Below, one piece after another: positions 1-8,380 of a stretch of DNA of 12,925 nucleotides. Source of the stretch: Cyanobacteria bacterium J06626_4. Its GTDB lineage: Bacteria > Cyanobacteriota > Cyanobacteriia > Phormidesmidales > Phormidesmidaceae. The translations under genes and the position numbers were made by a program. The DNA lies in NCBI GenBank assembly GCA_038523235.1, contig JBCBJQ010000141.1, positions 1 to 12,925 of the forward strand, in the 5' to 3' direction. The notes under the pieces were generated by a model. That model ran no database searches. It was not told the DNA's origin and saw only the letters and a program-made list of their open reading frames with translations. Position 1 is the stretch's first letter; every line of letters begins with the position of its first letter.

Positions 1-823
1 CATTTAGAAAGTGCGCAAAGGGCAGTTCTAAAATGACGGCATCGGGGGTCATGCCCTCTTGGGCGATCGCGCGCATGAGCGCCACACTGCCCATCGAAAC
101 GCCGTAGAGAATCGTCGGTGTGGGCAGATCTAATTCCGCCGCATACTGCAGCGATCGCACCACGTCTTGCGCTTCCTTCATGCCAATGGTGATGGTGTTG
201 CCGCTGGAGCCGCCCACGCCCTGAAAGTCTACCAGCAGGCAGTCATAACCCAGCTGTGTAAACGTCTGGGCTGGACTGATGAGTTGACTGCCCTTCGTAC
301 CCAAATTGCCGGGAAACAGGATCACGGTGCCCCGAGGGGCAGCGGTCGGCGTCGGTACGAACCACGCTTCTAAAAACCCATCGCCCCGTAGGGGAATCTG
401 ACGGGTGGCATAGTCTAAGCCGCGATCGCTGGGCAAGGTTGTCGATACGGGCTTGGCCACCCCCAGACCTACCTGGCCCGGCGATCGCACATGGGTCATG
501 TGATAGGTCATCAAGTAAGTCGGCACATTCATGACGATCAGCAGCGCTACCAAGCTGCTCCAGAGCCAGCGATGCGATCGTTTTTGAATCGGGGCGGCGG
601 CATCAGAGGACGGCACCCGTCCTTGCCAGAGCCGCACGCCTAAGGCGCTAAGATAACAGAGCAAGCCGCCAAAGAGCAAGAAAGCGCCCACAGGCTGGAG
701 CGGCAGCCGCCAGACATTGAAGATGCCGAATCGATGCAGCGCTGCCACAATCAAAGCCAGCCCGATCAAGAGTAAAAGGGCCAGCGTACCGGTTCGAACT
801 AAAGACCGACGTAGAGTATTCAT
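1..823 (-). CDS. Membrane-anchored alpha/beta-fold serine hydrolase (3' end outside the window)
   Basis: Not in the ORF track because it has no stop in the window. Manual translation from ATG at 823 is open to the edge: MNTLRRSLVRTGTLALLLLIGLALIV... with three hydrophobic segments, then LEAWFVP...GTVILFPGN (oxyanion loop), GYDCLLVDFQGVGGSSG, nucleophile elbow LYGVSMG (GxSxG) and AVILELPF. Confidence 0.85.
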   Translation of the reverse strand, partial: MNTLRRSLVRTGTLALLLLIGLALIVAALHRFGIFNVWRLPLQPVGAFLLFGGLLCYLSALGVRLWQGRVPSSDAAAPIQKRSHRWLWSSLVALLIVMNVPTYLMTYHMTHVRSPGQVGLGVAKPVSTTLPSDRGLDYATRQIPLRGDGFLEAWFVPTPTAAPRGTVILFPGNLGTKGSQLISPAQTFTQLGYDCLLVDFQGVGGSSGNTITIGMKEAQDVVRSLQYAAELDLPTPTILYGVSMGSVALMRAIAQEGMTPDAVILELPFAHFLN

Positions 824-1167
824 GGCTCAAACCGTAGGGAATTGAGTTTGCCAGGCGAAGCGGCCACGTTGGGATTCAGTCTCCTCAAACCAACGCACAT
901 CTTGGAGAGACCGATCCGTGATTTACCCTGTAGAAAATGGCGAGGCTACCGGTGGTTCATCGAACCATGGCATCCGGTTACTTGCTAAACCGTGACCTTT
1001 GATGCCGCTTGATTAAAGGCCACTCCAACGATCTTCACTGGCAATCGCGACCATTCCGCAGTATCCAAATCCGCAAACTTTAGAGGCGTTTGCAAGCGGT
1101 TTGTGCTCACACCGATCGCCCCCAACCGCCGACCAATTTTCCATAGCAATTTCACGGACGTTCCCTT

Positions 1168-1173
1168 TAGAAT
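1168..1173 (+). promoter_or_regulatory. Candidate -10 element (TAGAAT) for an mfd leader or small RNA
   Basis: TAGAAT is a 5/6 match to TATAAT, about 112 nt upstream of the mfd ATG; no clear -35. Confidence 0.35.
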
Positions 1174-1232
1174 GAAATTCTGACCGTCGCCAAAAACTTC
1201 AACCGGTGCGGTTAGAAACTTGAAATCATCCA

Positions 1233-1267
1233 CCCCCGGTGTCATGACATTGGGGGGCATTTTTATT
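1233..1267 (+). terminator. Intrinsic-terminator-like hairpin directly upstream of mfd
   Basis: CCCCCGGTGT-CATG-ACATTGGGGG (10-bp stem with two G-U pairs) followed by GCATTTTTATT. Confidence 0.55.
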
Positions 1268-1285
1268 GTCGCTAGTGACATCCTG

Positions 1286-4200
1286 ATGGCATTTTCCTCC
1301 GTCGTTCGCGCCCTAGGGCGATCGCCCCTCACCACCGAAATTCTCAACAAGCTGCAGCAGTCGCCGCCGGTCAAACTCAGCGGTGCCCCCCGCCTGCCCC
1401 GAGGTCTCGTGGCATCGGCGCTAGCCAAAACATCCAATGCGCCGTTGTTGGTGGTCACCGCCACGCTGGAGGAAGCCAGCCGCTGGGCGATTCAGCTAGA
1501 GGCCATGGACTGGCGCACGGTGCATTTTTATCCCACGTCCGAGGCGTCGCCCTACGACCCCTTTGACCAAGCCTCCGAAATGACCTGGGGCCAACTGCAG
1601 GCGCTGGCCGACTTAACGCGCGGCGTTGAGTTAGAAAACACGGCGATCGTCACCACCGAACGCGCCCTGCAGCCCCACCTGCCGCCCGTGGCGGTACTCA
1701 AAGACTATTGCCTCGCCCTCACTACCGGGCTCGAAATCAACCTCAAAGATCTCTCCCTGCGCTTGGCGCGGCTAGGCTACGAAAAGGTGTCACTGGTTGA
1801 AACCGAAGGCCAGTGGGCGCAGCGAGGCGACATTGTTGACGTGTTTCCGGTCTCGTCGGAGCTGCCGATTCGCCTGGAACTGTTTGGCGATGAGCTAGAG
1901 CGCATTCGCGAGTTTGACCCGGCTTCGCAGCGATCGCTCGACGCCATCTCCCGCCTGGTGCTCACTCCCACCGACTATGTGCCGCTGATTCTTGATGCCC
2001 TGCGCGATCGCCAGCGGCTGGAGGCGTTGTTTCCGCCGGAAGCGTTGGAGGGGGTCGCCGACGGCATTTTCCCCGAAGGGGTGCGGCGGTGGCTGGGGTT
2101 AGCCTTCGACCGGCCCGCTTCCCTGCTCGACTATCTGCCTGAGAACACCTTCATGGCGCTGGATGAACCCGATCAGTGTCAGGCTCACAGCGATCGCTGG
2201 GTCGAACATGCGGAAGAAAATTGGCAGGCGCTGCAGAGTTCGGAACTGGGCAAGCGGAGTGCAGAGCTGAGCAAAGTCAAGGAGCTGCCGAGACTGCATC
2301 GGCCCTTTGCAGAAACGCTCGAAGAACTGTCCCTATTTACCACGGTGCACCTAACGGAACTGGCGGAAGAAAAGGCCGGGCTGAATCTGGCCAGTCGTCC
2401 GGTGCCCGCGATTCCTCACCAGTTTGGCAAGCTGGCGGAAACCATTCGCGGAGAGCGCGATCGCCGCTTTGCTACCTGGCTGATTTCGGCCCAGCCTTCG
2501 CGCTCCGTCGCCCTGCTGCAGGAACACGACTGCCCAGCTCAGTTCATCCCCAACCCGCGCGACTATCCCGCCATTGAAAAACTGCAGGGCCAGCATGTGC
2601 CCGTGGCGCTGAAGTATTCCGGCTTGGCGGAGCTAGAAGGATTCGTGCTGCCCACCTTCCGCATCGCCGTGGTGACCGATCGCGAATTTTTTGGTCAACA
2701 CAGTCTCGCGACTCCCGGCTATGTGCGCAAGCGGCGCAAAGCGACCTCTAAGCAGGTTGATCCCAACAAGATGAAGCCGGGGGACTTCGTCGTTCACCGC
2801 AACCACGGCATCGGGCGCTTTCTGAAGCTAGAAAGCCTCACGGTCGATCGCGAAACGCGGGAATACCTGGTCATTCAATACGAAGACGGACTGCTGCGAG
2901 TCGCCGCCGATCAGGTGGGCTCCCTATCCCGCTACCGTTCCACCAGCGATCGCCCGCCCACTCTCAACAAAATGACGGGCAAAGCCTGGGAAAAAACCAA
3001 AGGCCGCGCCCGCAAAGCCGTGCAAAAGGTGGCGGTGGATCTGCTCAAGCTCTACGCCCACCGGGCGCAGCTCCAGGGGTTTACCTTTCCCATCGATACG
3101 CCGTGGCAGCAAGAGTTGGAAGACTCTTTTCCCTATCAGGCGACGCCCGATCAGCTGAAGGCGGTGCACGACGTCAAGCTGGATATGGAAAGCGATCGCC
3201 CGATGGATCGCCTGATCTGTGGCGATGTCGGCTTCGGCAAAACCGAGGTGGCGGTGCGGGCCATTTTCAAAGCCATCAACTCCCACAAACAGGTAGCGAT
3301 GCTGGCCCCGACCACGATTCTCACCCAGCAGCACTACCACACGCTGAAGGAACGCTTTGCCCCGTACCCGATTCAGGTGGGGCTATTGAACCGCTTCCGC
3401 ACTGCGAGCGAGAAGAAAGACATTCTGCAGCGGCTCAAAACCGGCGAGCTATACGTGGTGGTCGGCACCCATCAACTGCTGGGCAAGTCGGTGAACTTTA
3501 AAGACTTGGGCCTACTGGTGGTCGATGAAGAGCAGCGCTTTGGCGTCAACCAAAAGGAAAAAATCAAAGCGCTGAAATCAGAGGTAGATGTGCTCACCCT
3601 CAGCGCCACGCCGATTCCGCGCACTTTGTACATGGCCCTCTCAGGCGTGCGCGAAATGAGTCTGATCACTACGCCACCACCCTCGCGCCGCGCCATCAAA
3701 ACCCATCTGTCGCCCTACGATCCCGAAGCGATTCGCAGTGCGGCGCGGCAAGAACTGGATCGCGGTGGTCAGATTTTCTACGTCGTCCCCCGCGTCGAAG
3801 GCATTGAGGAAATTTCTGCCCGCCTGCGGGAATGGATTCCGGGGGCCCGTATCATGGTGGCCCACGGACAGATGCAAGAAGGTGAATTGGAATCCACTAT
3901 GTTGGGGTTCAGCAGCGGCGAAGCGGACATTCTGGTCTGCACCACAATTATTGAGTCCGGGCTGGATATTCCTCGTGTCAACACCATCTTGATTGAAGAT
4001 GCGCAAAAGTTTGGCCTCTCCCAGCTGTACCAGCTGCGGGGCCGAGTCGGGAGATCGGGCATTCAGGCCCATGCCTGGCTGTTTTATCCCCGTCAGCAGT
4101 CCCTGACGCCCAAGGCCCGGCAACGTCTGCGGGCCATTCAGGAATTCGCGCAGCTCGGTTCCGGCTACCAGCTGGCCATGCGCGATATGGAGATTCGCGG

Positions 4201-4792
4201 CGTCGGCAACCTACTCGGCATGCAGCAATCGGGACAAATGGATGCGGTCGGCTTTGACCTCTATATGGACATGCTGGAGGAAGAGATTGCCGAAATTCGC
4301 GGCCAAGAGATTCCCAAGGTGGACGACACCCAGGTGGATCTCAAGGTGACGGCCTTTATCCCCAACGACTACATCGACGATACCGAGCAAAAGATGAGCG
4401 CCTATCGCGCCCTCGCCGCTGCCGATAGTAAGCGTGAGCTGGCCCAAGTCGCGGCTGACCTCAACGATCGCTACGGCCCGATTCCGTTCGCGACGGAACA
4501 GCTCATCCGCATCCTGGAACTTAAGCAACTCGGCAAACAGCTCGGCTTTGCCCGCATCAAACCCGAGGGCAAGCAGCACATCATTCTCGAAACCCCGATG
4601 GAAGAACCCGCCTGGAAGCTGCTCTTTGACAAGGTGCCCGGTCACCTAAAATCCCGCTTTGTCTACGCCGGTGGCAAGGTGATGGTGCGCGGCCTCGGTG
4701 TACTCAAACCCGAAAAGCAGGTAGAAAACCTGGTGGACTGGTTCAAACTCATGCAGGCAGGACTCAATGATCGCGAACTGGTGCAGGCATAA
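1286..4792 (+). CDS. mfd: Transcription-repair coupling factor Mfd
   Basis: 1168 aa from ATG 1286 ([10 protein letters not shown]...). UvrB-homology region (RGDIVDVFP...RLELFGDE), RID domain ([13 protein letters not shown]), Walker [48 protein letters not shown] motif [12 protein letters not shown] and C-terminal TRCF domain. Confidence 0.98.
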   Translation: MAFSSVVRALGRSPLTTEILNKLQQSPPVKLSGAPRLPRGLVASALAKTSNAPLLVVTATLEEASRWAIQLEAMDWRTVHFYPTSEASPYDPFDQASEMTWGQLQALADLTRGVELENTAIVTTERALQPHLPPVAVLKDYCLALTTGLEINLKDLSLRLARLGYEKVSLVETEGQWAQRGDIVDVFPVSSELPIRLELFGDELERIREFDPASQRSLDAISRLVLTPTDYVPLILDALRDRQRLEALFPPEALEGVADGIFPEGVRRWLGLAFDRPASLLDYLPENTFMALDEPDQCQAHSDRWVEHAEENWQALQSSELGKRSAELSKVKELPRLHRPFAETLEELSLFTTVHLTELAEEKAGLNLASRPVPAIPHQFGKLAETIRGERDRRFATWLISAQPSRSVALLQEHDCPAQFIPNPRDYPAIEKLQGQHVPVALKYSGLAELEGFVLPTFRIAVVTDREFFGQHSLATPGYVRKRRKATSKQVDPNKMKPGDFVVHRNHGIGRFLKLESLTVDRETREYLVIQYEDGLLRVAADQVGSLSRYRSTSDRPPTLNKMTGKAWEKTKGRARKAVQKVAVDLLKLYAHRAQLQGFTFPIDTPWQQELEDSFPYQATPDQLKAVHDVKLDMESDRPMDRLICGDVGFGKTEVAVRAIFKAINSHKQVAMLAPTTILTQQHYHTLKERFAPYPIQVGLLNRFRTASEKKDILQRLKTGELYVVVGTHQLLGKSVNFKDLGLLVVDEEQRFGVNQKEKIKALKSEVDVLTLSATPIPRTLYMALSGVREMSLITTPPPSRRAIKTHLSPYDPEAIRSAARQELDRGGQIFYVVPRVEGIEEISARLREWIPGARIMVAHGQMQEGELESTMLGFSSGEADILVCTTIIESGLDIPRVNTILIEDAQKFGLSQLYQLRGRVGRSGIQAHAWLFYPRQQSLTPKARQRLRAIQEFAQLGSGYQLAMRDMEIRGVGNLLGMQQSGQMDAVGFDLYMDMLEEEIAEIRGQEIPKVDDTQVDLKVTAFIPNDYIDDTEQKMSAYRALAAADSKRELAQVAADLNDRYGPIPFATEQLIRILELKQLGKQLGFARIKPEGKQHIILETPMEEPAWKLLFDKVPGHLKSRFVYAGGKVMVRGLGVLKPEKQVENLVDWFKLMQAGLNDRELVQA

Positions 4793-4829
4793 ATCTGGCC
4801 CCCGCTCTCGCGATCATTGGGAGATTTAG

Positions 4830-4857
4830 ACCGAGCTGAGAACAGCTCGGTGTGTTT
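4830..4857 (+). terminator. Probable mfd terminator hairpin
   Basis: ACCGAGCTG-AGAA-CAGCTCGGT, a perfect 9-bp stem followed by GTGTTT, 37 nt after the mfd stop. Confidence 0.6.
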
Positions 4858-4890
4858 CAGTCACAGTGAGTGACGTTCAGATTTTTATCG

Positions 4891-5551
4891 ATGCTGTCAG
4901 GTTTGTGGCCATCTAAAATCAAAATCGGCCTCGTCATTTGGGCTCCTAACCGCGTTGGGCTGGCTGTGGTATTTGCCTTTTGTGTCAGGCATGCCGCTGC
5001 CAGGGATGCACACCTTAGCCTGGGCCTATAGCGCTTTAGCGATCGTGACGATTCTCGTGACAGCAGCCGTTTTGCTGACTCTGCCCGTGCTCGGGTTGGC
5101 TTTTCTCCTGTTGCTGCTGGCGAGCACACGCCCCGAGTGGCAGCGCCCCGCTCGGCAGGGGGCGAAAAAGCTATTGGTGCTACTTCTGGTCGAGCTGTTA
5201 GCACTCATCGCACTGCTGCCCACGCTGGTATTGGGCTACGCTCCCCAAACCCAGCAGACGATCGCCCCCTGGCACCAAACCTGGCACACAGTTTATGTTG
5301 CCCCCCTAGATGACAACTATGGTGCATTGCTGCTACTACGGTGCCGCTGGGGGCTGTGCCATCCGGTTTATCGGGGTGAAACCAATGTCATTTCAGCGGC
5401 AGAAGCGCTACTGAAATACAACCCTGAGACCGATCAGATGGCGTTGAAATTAGAGGGGCAATGGGTGTATGTGCAGTCTGCGGCGGGAGACATCTGCCGA
5501 GTGCGCCTGCGATCTCTCGATGCCTATGAAAAGTGCAGTTTTGGGCGGTAG
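4891..5551 (+). CDS. Hypothetical multi-pass membrane protein with Cys-containing C-terminal domain; apparent +1 frameshift at 4937-4942 (possible pseudogene or sequence error)
   Basis: The main frame 4955-5551 has hydrophobic helices and a C-terminal soluble region with four Cys. ATG 4891 is in another frame; deleting one base at ATTTGGG joins them into MLSGLWPSKIKIGLVIGLLTALGWLWYLPFV... Confidence 0.6.
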
Positions 5552-5561
5552 AACTATAGGC

Positions 5562-5666
5562 TTAGGAATGAGGAGCGAATAACATCCGAATTGTTTAGGG
5601 CAGGCATCTTGCCTGCCTCAGGACAGCCGAGACGGCTATCCCAACTTATTCAATTCTCATTCCTTA
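5562..5666. mobile_element. MITE-like element (5565-5663) with TTA target-site duplication and internal REP-like hairpins
   Basis: Ends GGAATGAGGAGCGAATAA and TTATTCAATTCTCATTCC are inverted repeats (15/18 matches, outer 8 perfect), flanked by direct TTA (5562-5564 and 5664-5666). Internal hairpins GGCAGGCA-TCT-TGCCTGCC and AGCCG-AGA-CGGCT. Confidence 0.65.
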
Positions 5667-5719
5667 GCGAGGATTCTGCCGATCGCACTCGCCCGCTCCG
5701 AAAGCTCAGGGCTTTGCCC

Positions 5720-6106
5720 TTATAACCCTTCTAAATACTGCAGCAGGTCCGCCATCACCTGAGGCTGGGGTTGAAACTGCGGCATCGGCGGCGTCTTGCC
5801 GCTCACGACCTGCTTAATCAGCTTGACCTTTGATTTGCGGGCAGAAACGCTGAGCAGACTAGGGCCGACCTCACCACCAGCGCCGAGCCCATGACAAACC
5901 GCACAGTTCATCTGAAAGATTTCTTGACCGCGATCGCCGTCACCTGACAGGGTTAAAACGTCTTGAATGTAGGGGTCAGCAGCCTGAGCGTGGCGCACGG
6001 TTAGCACCGATCCCAACACCACCATCAGCATGACGACGAAGGTCAGTACCTGTCGCAGACCAGACCGTGATGTGGGCAATTCCTTCTCTAGGGCGTCGTC
6101 ACTCAA
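5720..6106 (-). CDS. cytM: Cytochrome cM
   Basis: N-terminal hydrophobic helix, DPYIQDVL...G..IFQMNCAVCHG (single CxxCH), GEVGPSL, and SGKTPPMPQFQP (Met axial ligand); divergent from petG as is usual in cyanobacteria; TTG start. Confidence 0.92.
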   Translation of the reverse strand: MSDDALEKELPTSRSGLRQVLTFVVMLMVVLGSVLTVRHAQAADPYIQDVLTLSGDGDRGQEIFQMNCAVCHGLGAGGEVGPSLLSVSARKSKVKLIKQVVSGKTPPMPQFQPQPQVMADLLQYLEGL

Positions 6107-6119
6107 AGCCAGAATTCTA

Positions 6120-6137
6120 GTTACGTTTCGTTATTAA
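6120..6137. promoter_or_regulatory. HLR1-like (RpaB) direct repeat upstream of cytM
   Basis: GTTACGTT-TC-GTTATTAA versus consensus (G/T)TTACA(T/A)(T/A)-NN-repeat: 7/8 and 6/8 matches; next to a minus-strand TAAGCT -10 candidate at 6141-6146. Confidence 0.45.
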
Positions 6138-6314
6138 CATAGCTTAAAGGTGTCTCATAAAGCCCGCCAGAAAACCTTGAATTCAGGTTTTTAGTTTGCA
6201 AAAGATTAAGCCAGACGCGCTCTTTTCAGGGATTCGCCGCGCATTGCTCAGGTGAGATGAGATAATAAATCTCAACTAAAAGTTTATTGCTGTGATGGAA
6301 AGGAGTCGTTAGGC

Positions 6315-6428
6315 ATGGTTGAACCCCTTTTGAGTGGAATTGTGTTGGGTCTGATTCCGATAACGCTGGCGGGGTTATTTGTGGCTGCCTACATGCAGTA
6401 CCGCCGGGGCAATCAGCTCGACCTGTGA
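6315..6428 (+). CDS. petG: Cytochrome b6f complex subunit 5 (PetG)
   Basis: Below the ORF-track cutoff. Manual translation [37 protein letters not shown] (37 aa) is the canonical PetG sequence; RBS AAGGAG at 6300-6305. Confidence 0.98.
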   Translation: MVEPLLSGIVLGLIPITLAGLFVAAYMQYRRGNQLDL

Positions 6429-6542
6429 TGGAACCAGCATTTGAGCTCGCACTGACGGCAAACTCTGTCAGACTGGCTCGATAATGCGCTCGATTGTTGC
6501 CAAACCCCTACGGACAGGCAGTGGCAGCTTCTTAGATTTTGC

Positions 6543-6578
6543 GGTGGGCGCAGCGATCGCTGCGCCCATCTCTGTTTA
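6543..6578. terminator. Hairpin/terminator between convergent petG and the kinase gene
   Basis: Perfect 24-bp palindrome TGGGCGCAGCGATCGCTGCGCCCA (6545-6568) followed by TCTCTGTTT on the plus strand. Confidence 0.7.
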
Positions 6579-6589
6579 TGAGACGAGTT

Positions 6590-7870
6590 TTATGGACCTG
6601 TAGTGAGGCGCTGTCGGCCTGCGGCAGCCAAACAGGCAGTGCCAAACGAAGCCAGGGTAGAAGGAGCCACCGCCACGGGCAGCGCTAGGCAGCGCTGGCG
6701 AATGGTCAGCCAAGTGGCATTTTGTGCCCCGCCGCCAGCGGTCAAAATTTTGGCCGGGGCCGTCGCACCTAACTGGGTCAACAGACCATAGCCCTGCGCT
6801 TCGATGCGGGCGATACCTTCGAGCAGCCCGTGCAAAAACGCGGTATCCGCCTCAGGACGGGGCGACAGACGCGGCGGCCAATTAGGATCATTGATGGGAA
6901 ACCGCTCCCCTGCTTGAGTCAGTGGATAGTAATCGAGAGGAGACGGGCGATCGCCCTCAATTTGCGCGCTCAAAGCCTGTAGCTCAACATCGGTAAAATG
7001 CTGCTTGAGCACCGCCCCGCCGGTATTGGACGCGCCGCCCACCAGCCACAGGTCGCCCAGTCGGTGACTATAGATGCCATAGCGGCTGTCATCTACCCGA
7101 GTTTCGCTCAGGAGTTTAATCACCAATGTGGAACCCAGGGAAGTGACGGCTTCACCCGGCGATCGCGCGCCGCTGGCCAAAAAAGCGGCGATGCTGTCGG
7201 TGGTGCCCGCCATCACAGTGCAGTGGGGCGGCAGGCCGTAGCGGTCGCTCGCGGCGGCAGAAACTCGACCAAAACAATCACCCGGCGCATAAACGCGGGG
7301 CAACAGCCTGTTCAGCCCCAGTGACTTGAGCCAGTCTGGATAGGCCAGTGCCCCCACGTCATAGCCGAGCTTGAGCGCGTTGTGGTAATCGCTGAGTCCC
7401 AGCTGACCGTGCAATTGAGCGGCGAGCCAGTCAGCCTGATGCAGCAGATATCGCGCTCGTTGAAATACTGCGGTCGGCAGGGTGGCTCGCCACCACAGGA
7501 GTTTGACGAGACTGGCAGTGGCGCTCAGCACCGGACTGCCTGCTGGCGCCATGTCGCTGAGTTGGGCCTGCTGCGCTTGTCCGCAGGAATTGTTATACAG
7601 CAGTGCCTCAGTCAGCAGTTCACCCCGATCATCGCAGAGCAGCACAGTCGCCGAGGTGCCGTTGATCGCGATCGCCGCCATATCAGCCGCGATCGCAGTC
7701 GGGATGCCCCGCAAGAGTTGTTCTAAAACGGTTTGCCAAAGGCGATGGTCAGCACTCGAGGCAGCTGAGCCATAGGCTTGATCATCCTGCCAGACGACCT
7801 GACAAGCAGCGTTGATGACGGTCAGACGGGCTCCAGAGGTGCCAAAATCGAGACCAGTAGCAGAGGTCAT
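6590..7870 (-). CDS. FGGY-family carbohydrate kinase, D-ribulose kinase-like (SePSK/AtXK-1 clade)
   Basis: 426 aa; GLDFGTSGAR, INGTSATVLL, LHQADW, SDYHNALKLGYD, GTTDSIAAFLASG, VTSLGSTL, YSHRLG..WLVGGASNTGG, GERFP and TAGGGA motifs. Confidence 0.9.
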   Translation of the reverse strand: MTSATGLDFGTSGARLTVINAACQVVWQDDQAYGSAASSADHRLWQTVLEQLLRGIPTAIAADMAAIAINGTSATVLLCDDRGELLTEALLYNNSCGQAQQAQLSDMAPAGSPVLSATASLVKLLWWRATLPTAVFQRARYLLHQADWLAAQLHGQLGLSDYHNALKLGYDVGALAYPDWLKSLGLNRLLPRVYAPGDCFGRVSAAASDRYGLPPHCTVMAGTTDSIAAFLASGARSPGEAVTSLGSTLVIKLLSETRVDDSRYGIYSHRLGDLWLVGGASNTGGAVLKQHFTDVELQALSAQIEGDRPSPLDYYPLTQAGERFPINDPNWPPRLSPRPEADTAFLHGLLEGIARIEAQGYGLLTQLGATAPAKILTAGGGAQNATWLTIRQRCLALPVAVAPSTLASFGTACLAAAGRQRLTTGP

Positions 7871-8380
7871 AGCGACGCGAGCCTGATAAAAACAACTTTC
7901 CTAATTGTGGTTGAGCCGCAACAGCAATTTTGCCCTCTGAGCAAACCTGATTCTGCCGGCAGGAGACGGCGATCCCTGCCATCACCAGAACAGGCCAGAG
8001 TTACCGTCCATCAAGATGAATCATGATAACAGGGTAAATGCGCCGCCCTTTTTAACCTCGCCTCAACTCAAGACTCCCCTAATCAAACTCAAATAATAGA
8101 GGATAAAAACCAGCAGGCATTGATTTTAATCTATACCACTTCTGGGTTCTGTGACTTAAAATCTTGTCTCATCTTTTGCCGCCTTTAATAAAGGCATAAT
8201 GCTCTCTTTTTGAGCGCACCTTAATTGCTTCATTTTGTCAATTTTGCTTGACCTAGCGACAGAGTTAGACAGTGAGTCTGGTCGCATTCGCTACTGTTTT
8301 ACAGCATCTTTGGTTCCCCGAAGTTGGATCTTTTCACGATCGCTCTAGCCTCATTTAGGGCAACGGCTTGAGTCATGCCT

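Noticed and set aside
167..830. Track ORFs 167-373 (+) and 648-830 (-)
   Set aside because: Both overlap the clearly coding hydrolase frame (823 to 1).
879..978. Imperfect hairpins upstream of the hydrolase (e.g. ACCGG-TGGTTC-ATC-GAACCA...CCGGT)
   Set aside because: Short bulged stems expected by chance at this GC content; no U-tract or known riboswitch motif.
1100..1135. CTCACAC resembling the Yfr1 sRNA core
   Set aside because: Only a partial match to ACTCCTCACAC, with no flanking stem-loops and not in the usual guaB-trxA context.
1220..1285. 22-aa N-terminal extension of Mfd from TTG 1220 in the ORF track
   Set aside because: It crosses a terminator-like hairpin, and [10 protein letters not shown] at ATG 1286 fits the usual cyanobacterial Mfd start.
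985..1464. 159-aa minus-strand ORF overlapping the mfd start
   Set aside because: Antisense to mfd over its first part, with no recognisable motifs; probably a shadow ORF.
1777..4649. Many 60-160 aa antisense or alternate-frame ORFs within mfd (likewise within the kinase and cta genes)
   Set aside because: Expected by-products of GC-rich codon usage; no independent signals.
7778..8026. 82-aa and 67-aa ORFs at the kinase 5' end
   Set aside because: They overlap the kinase start, have non-protein-like composition and no convincing RBS.
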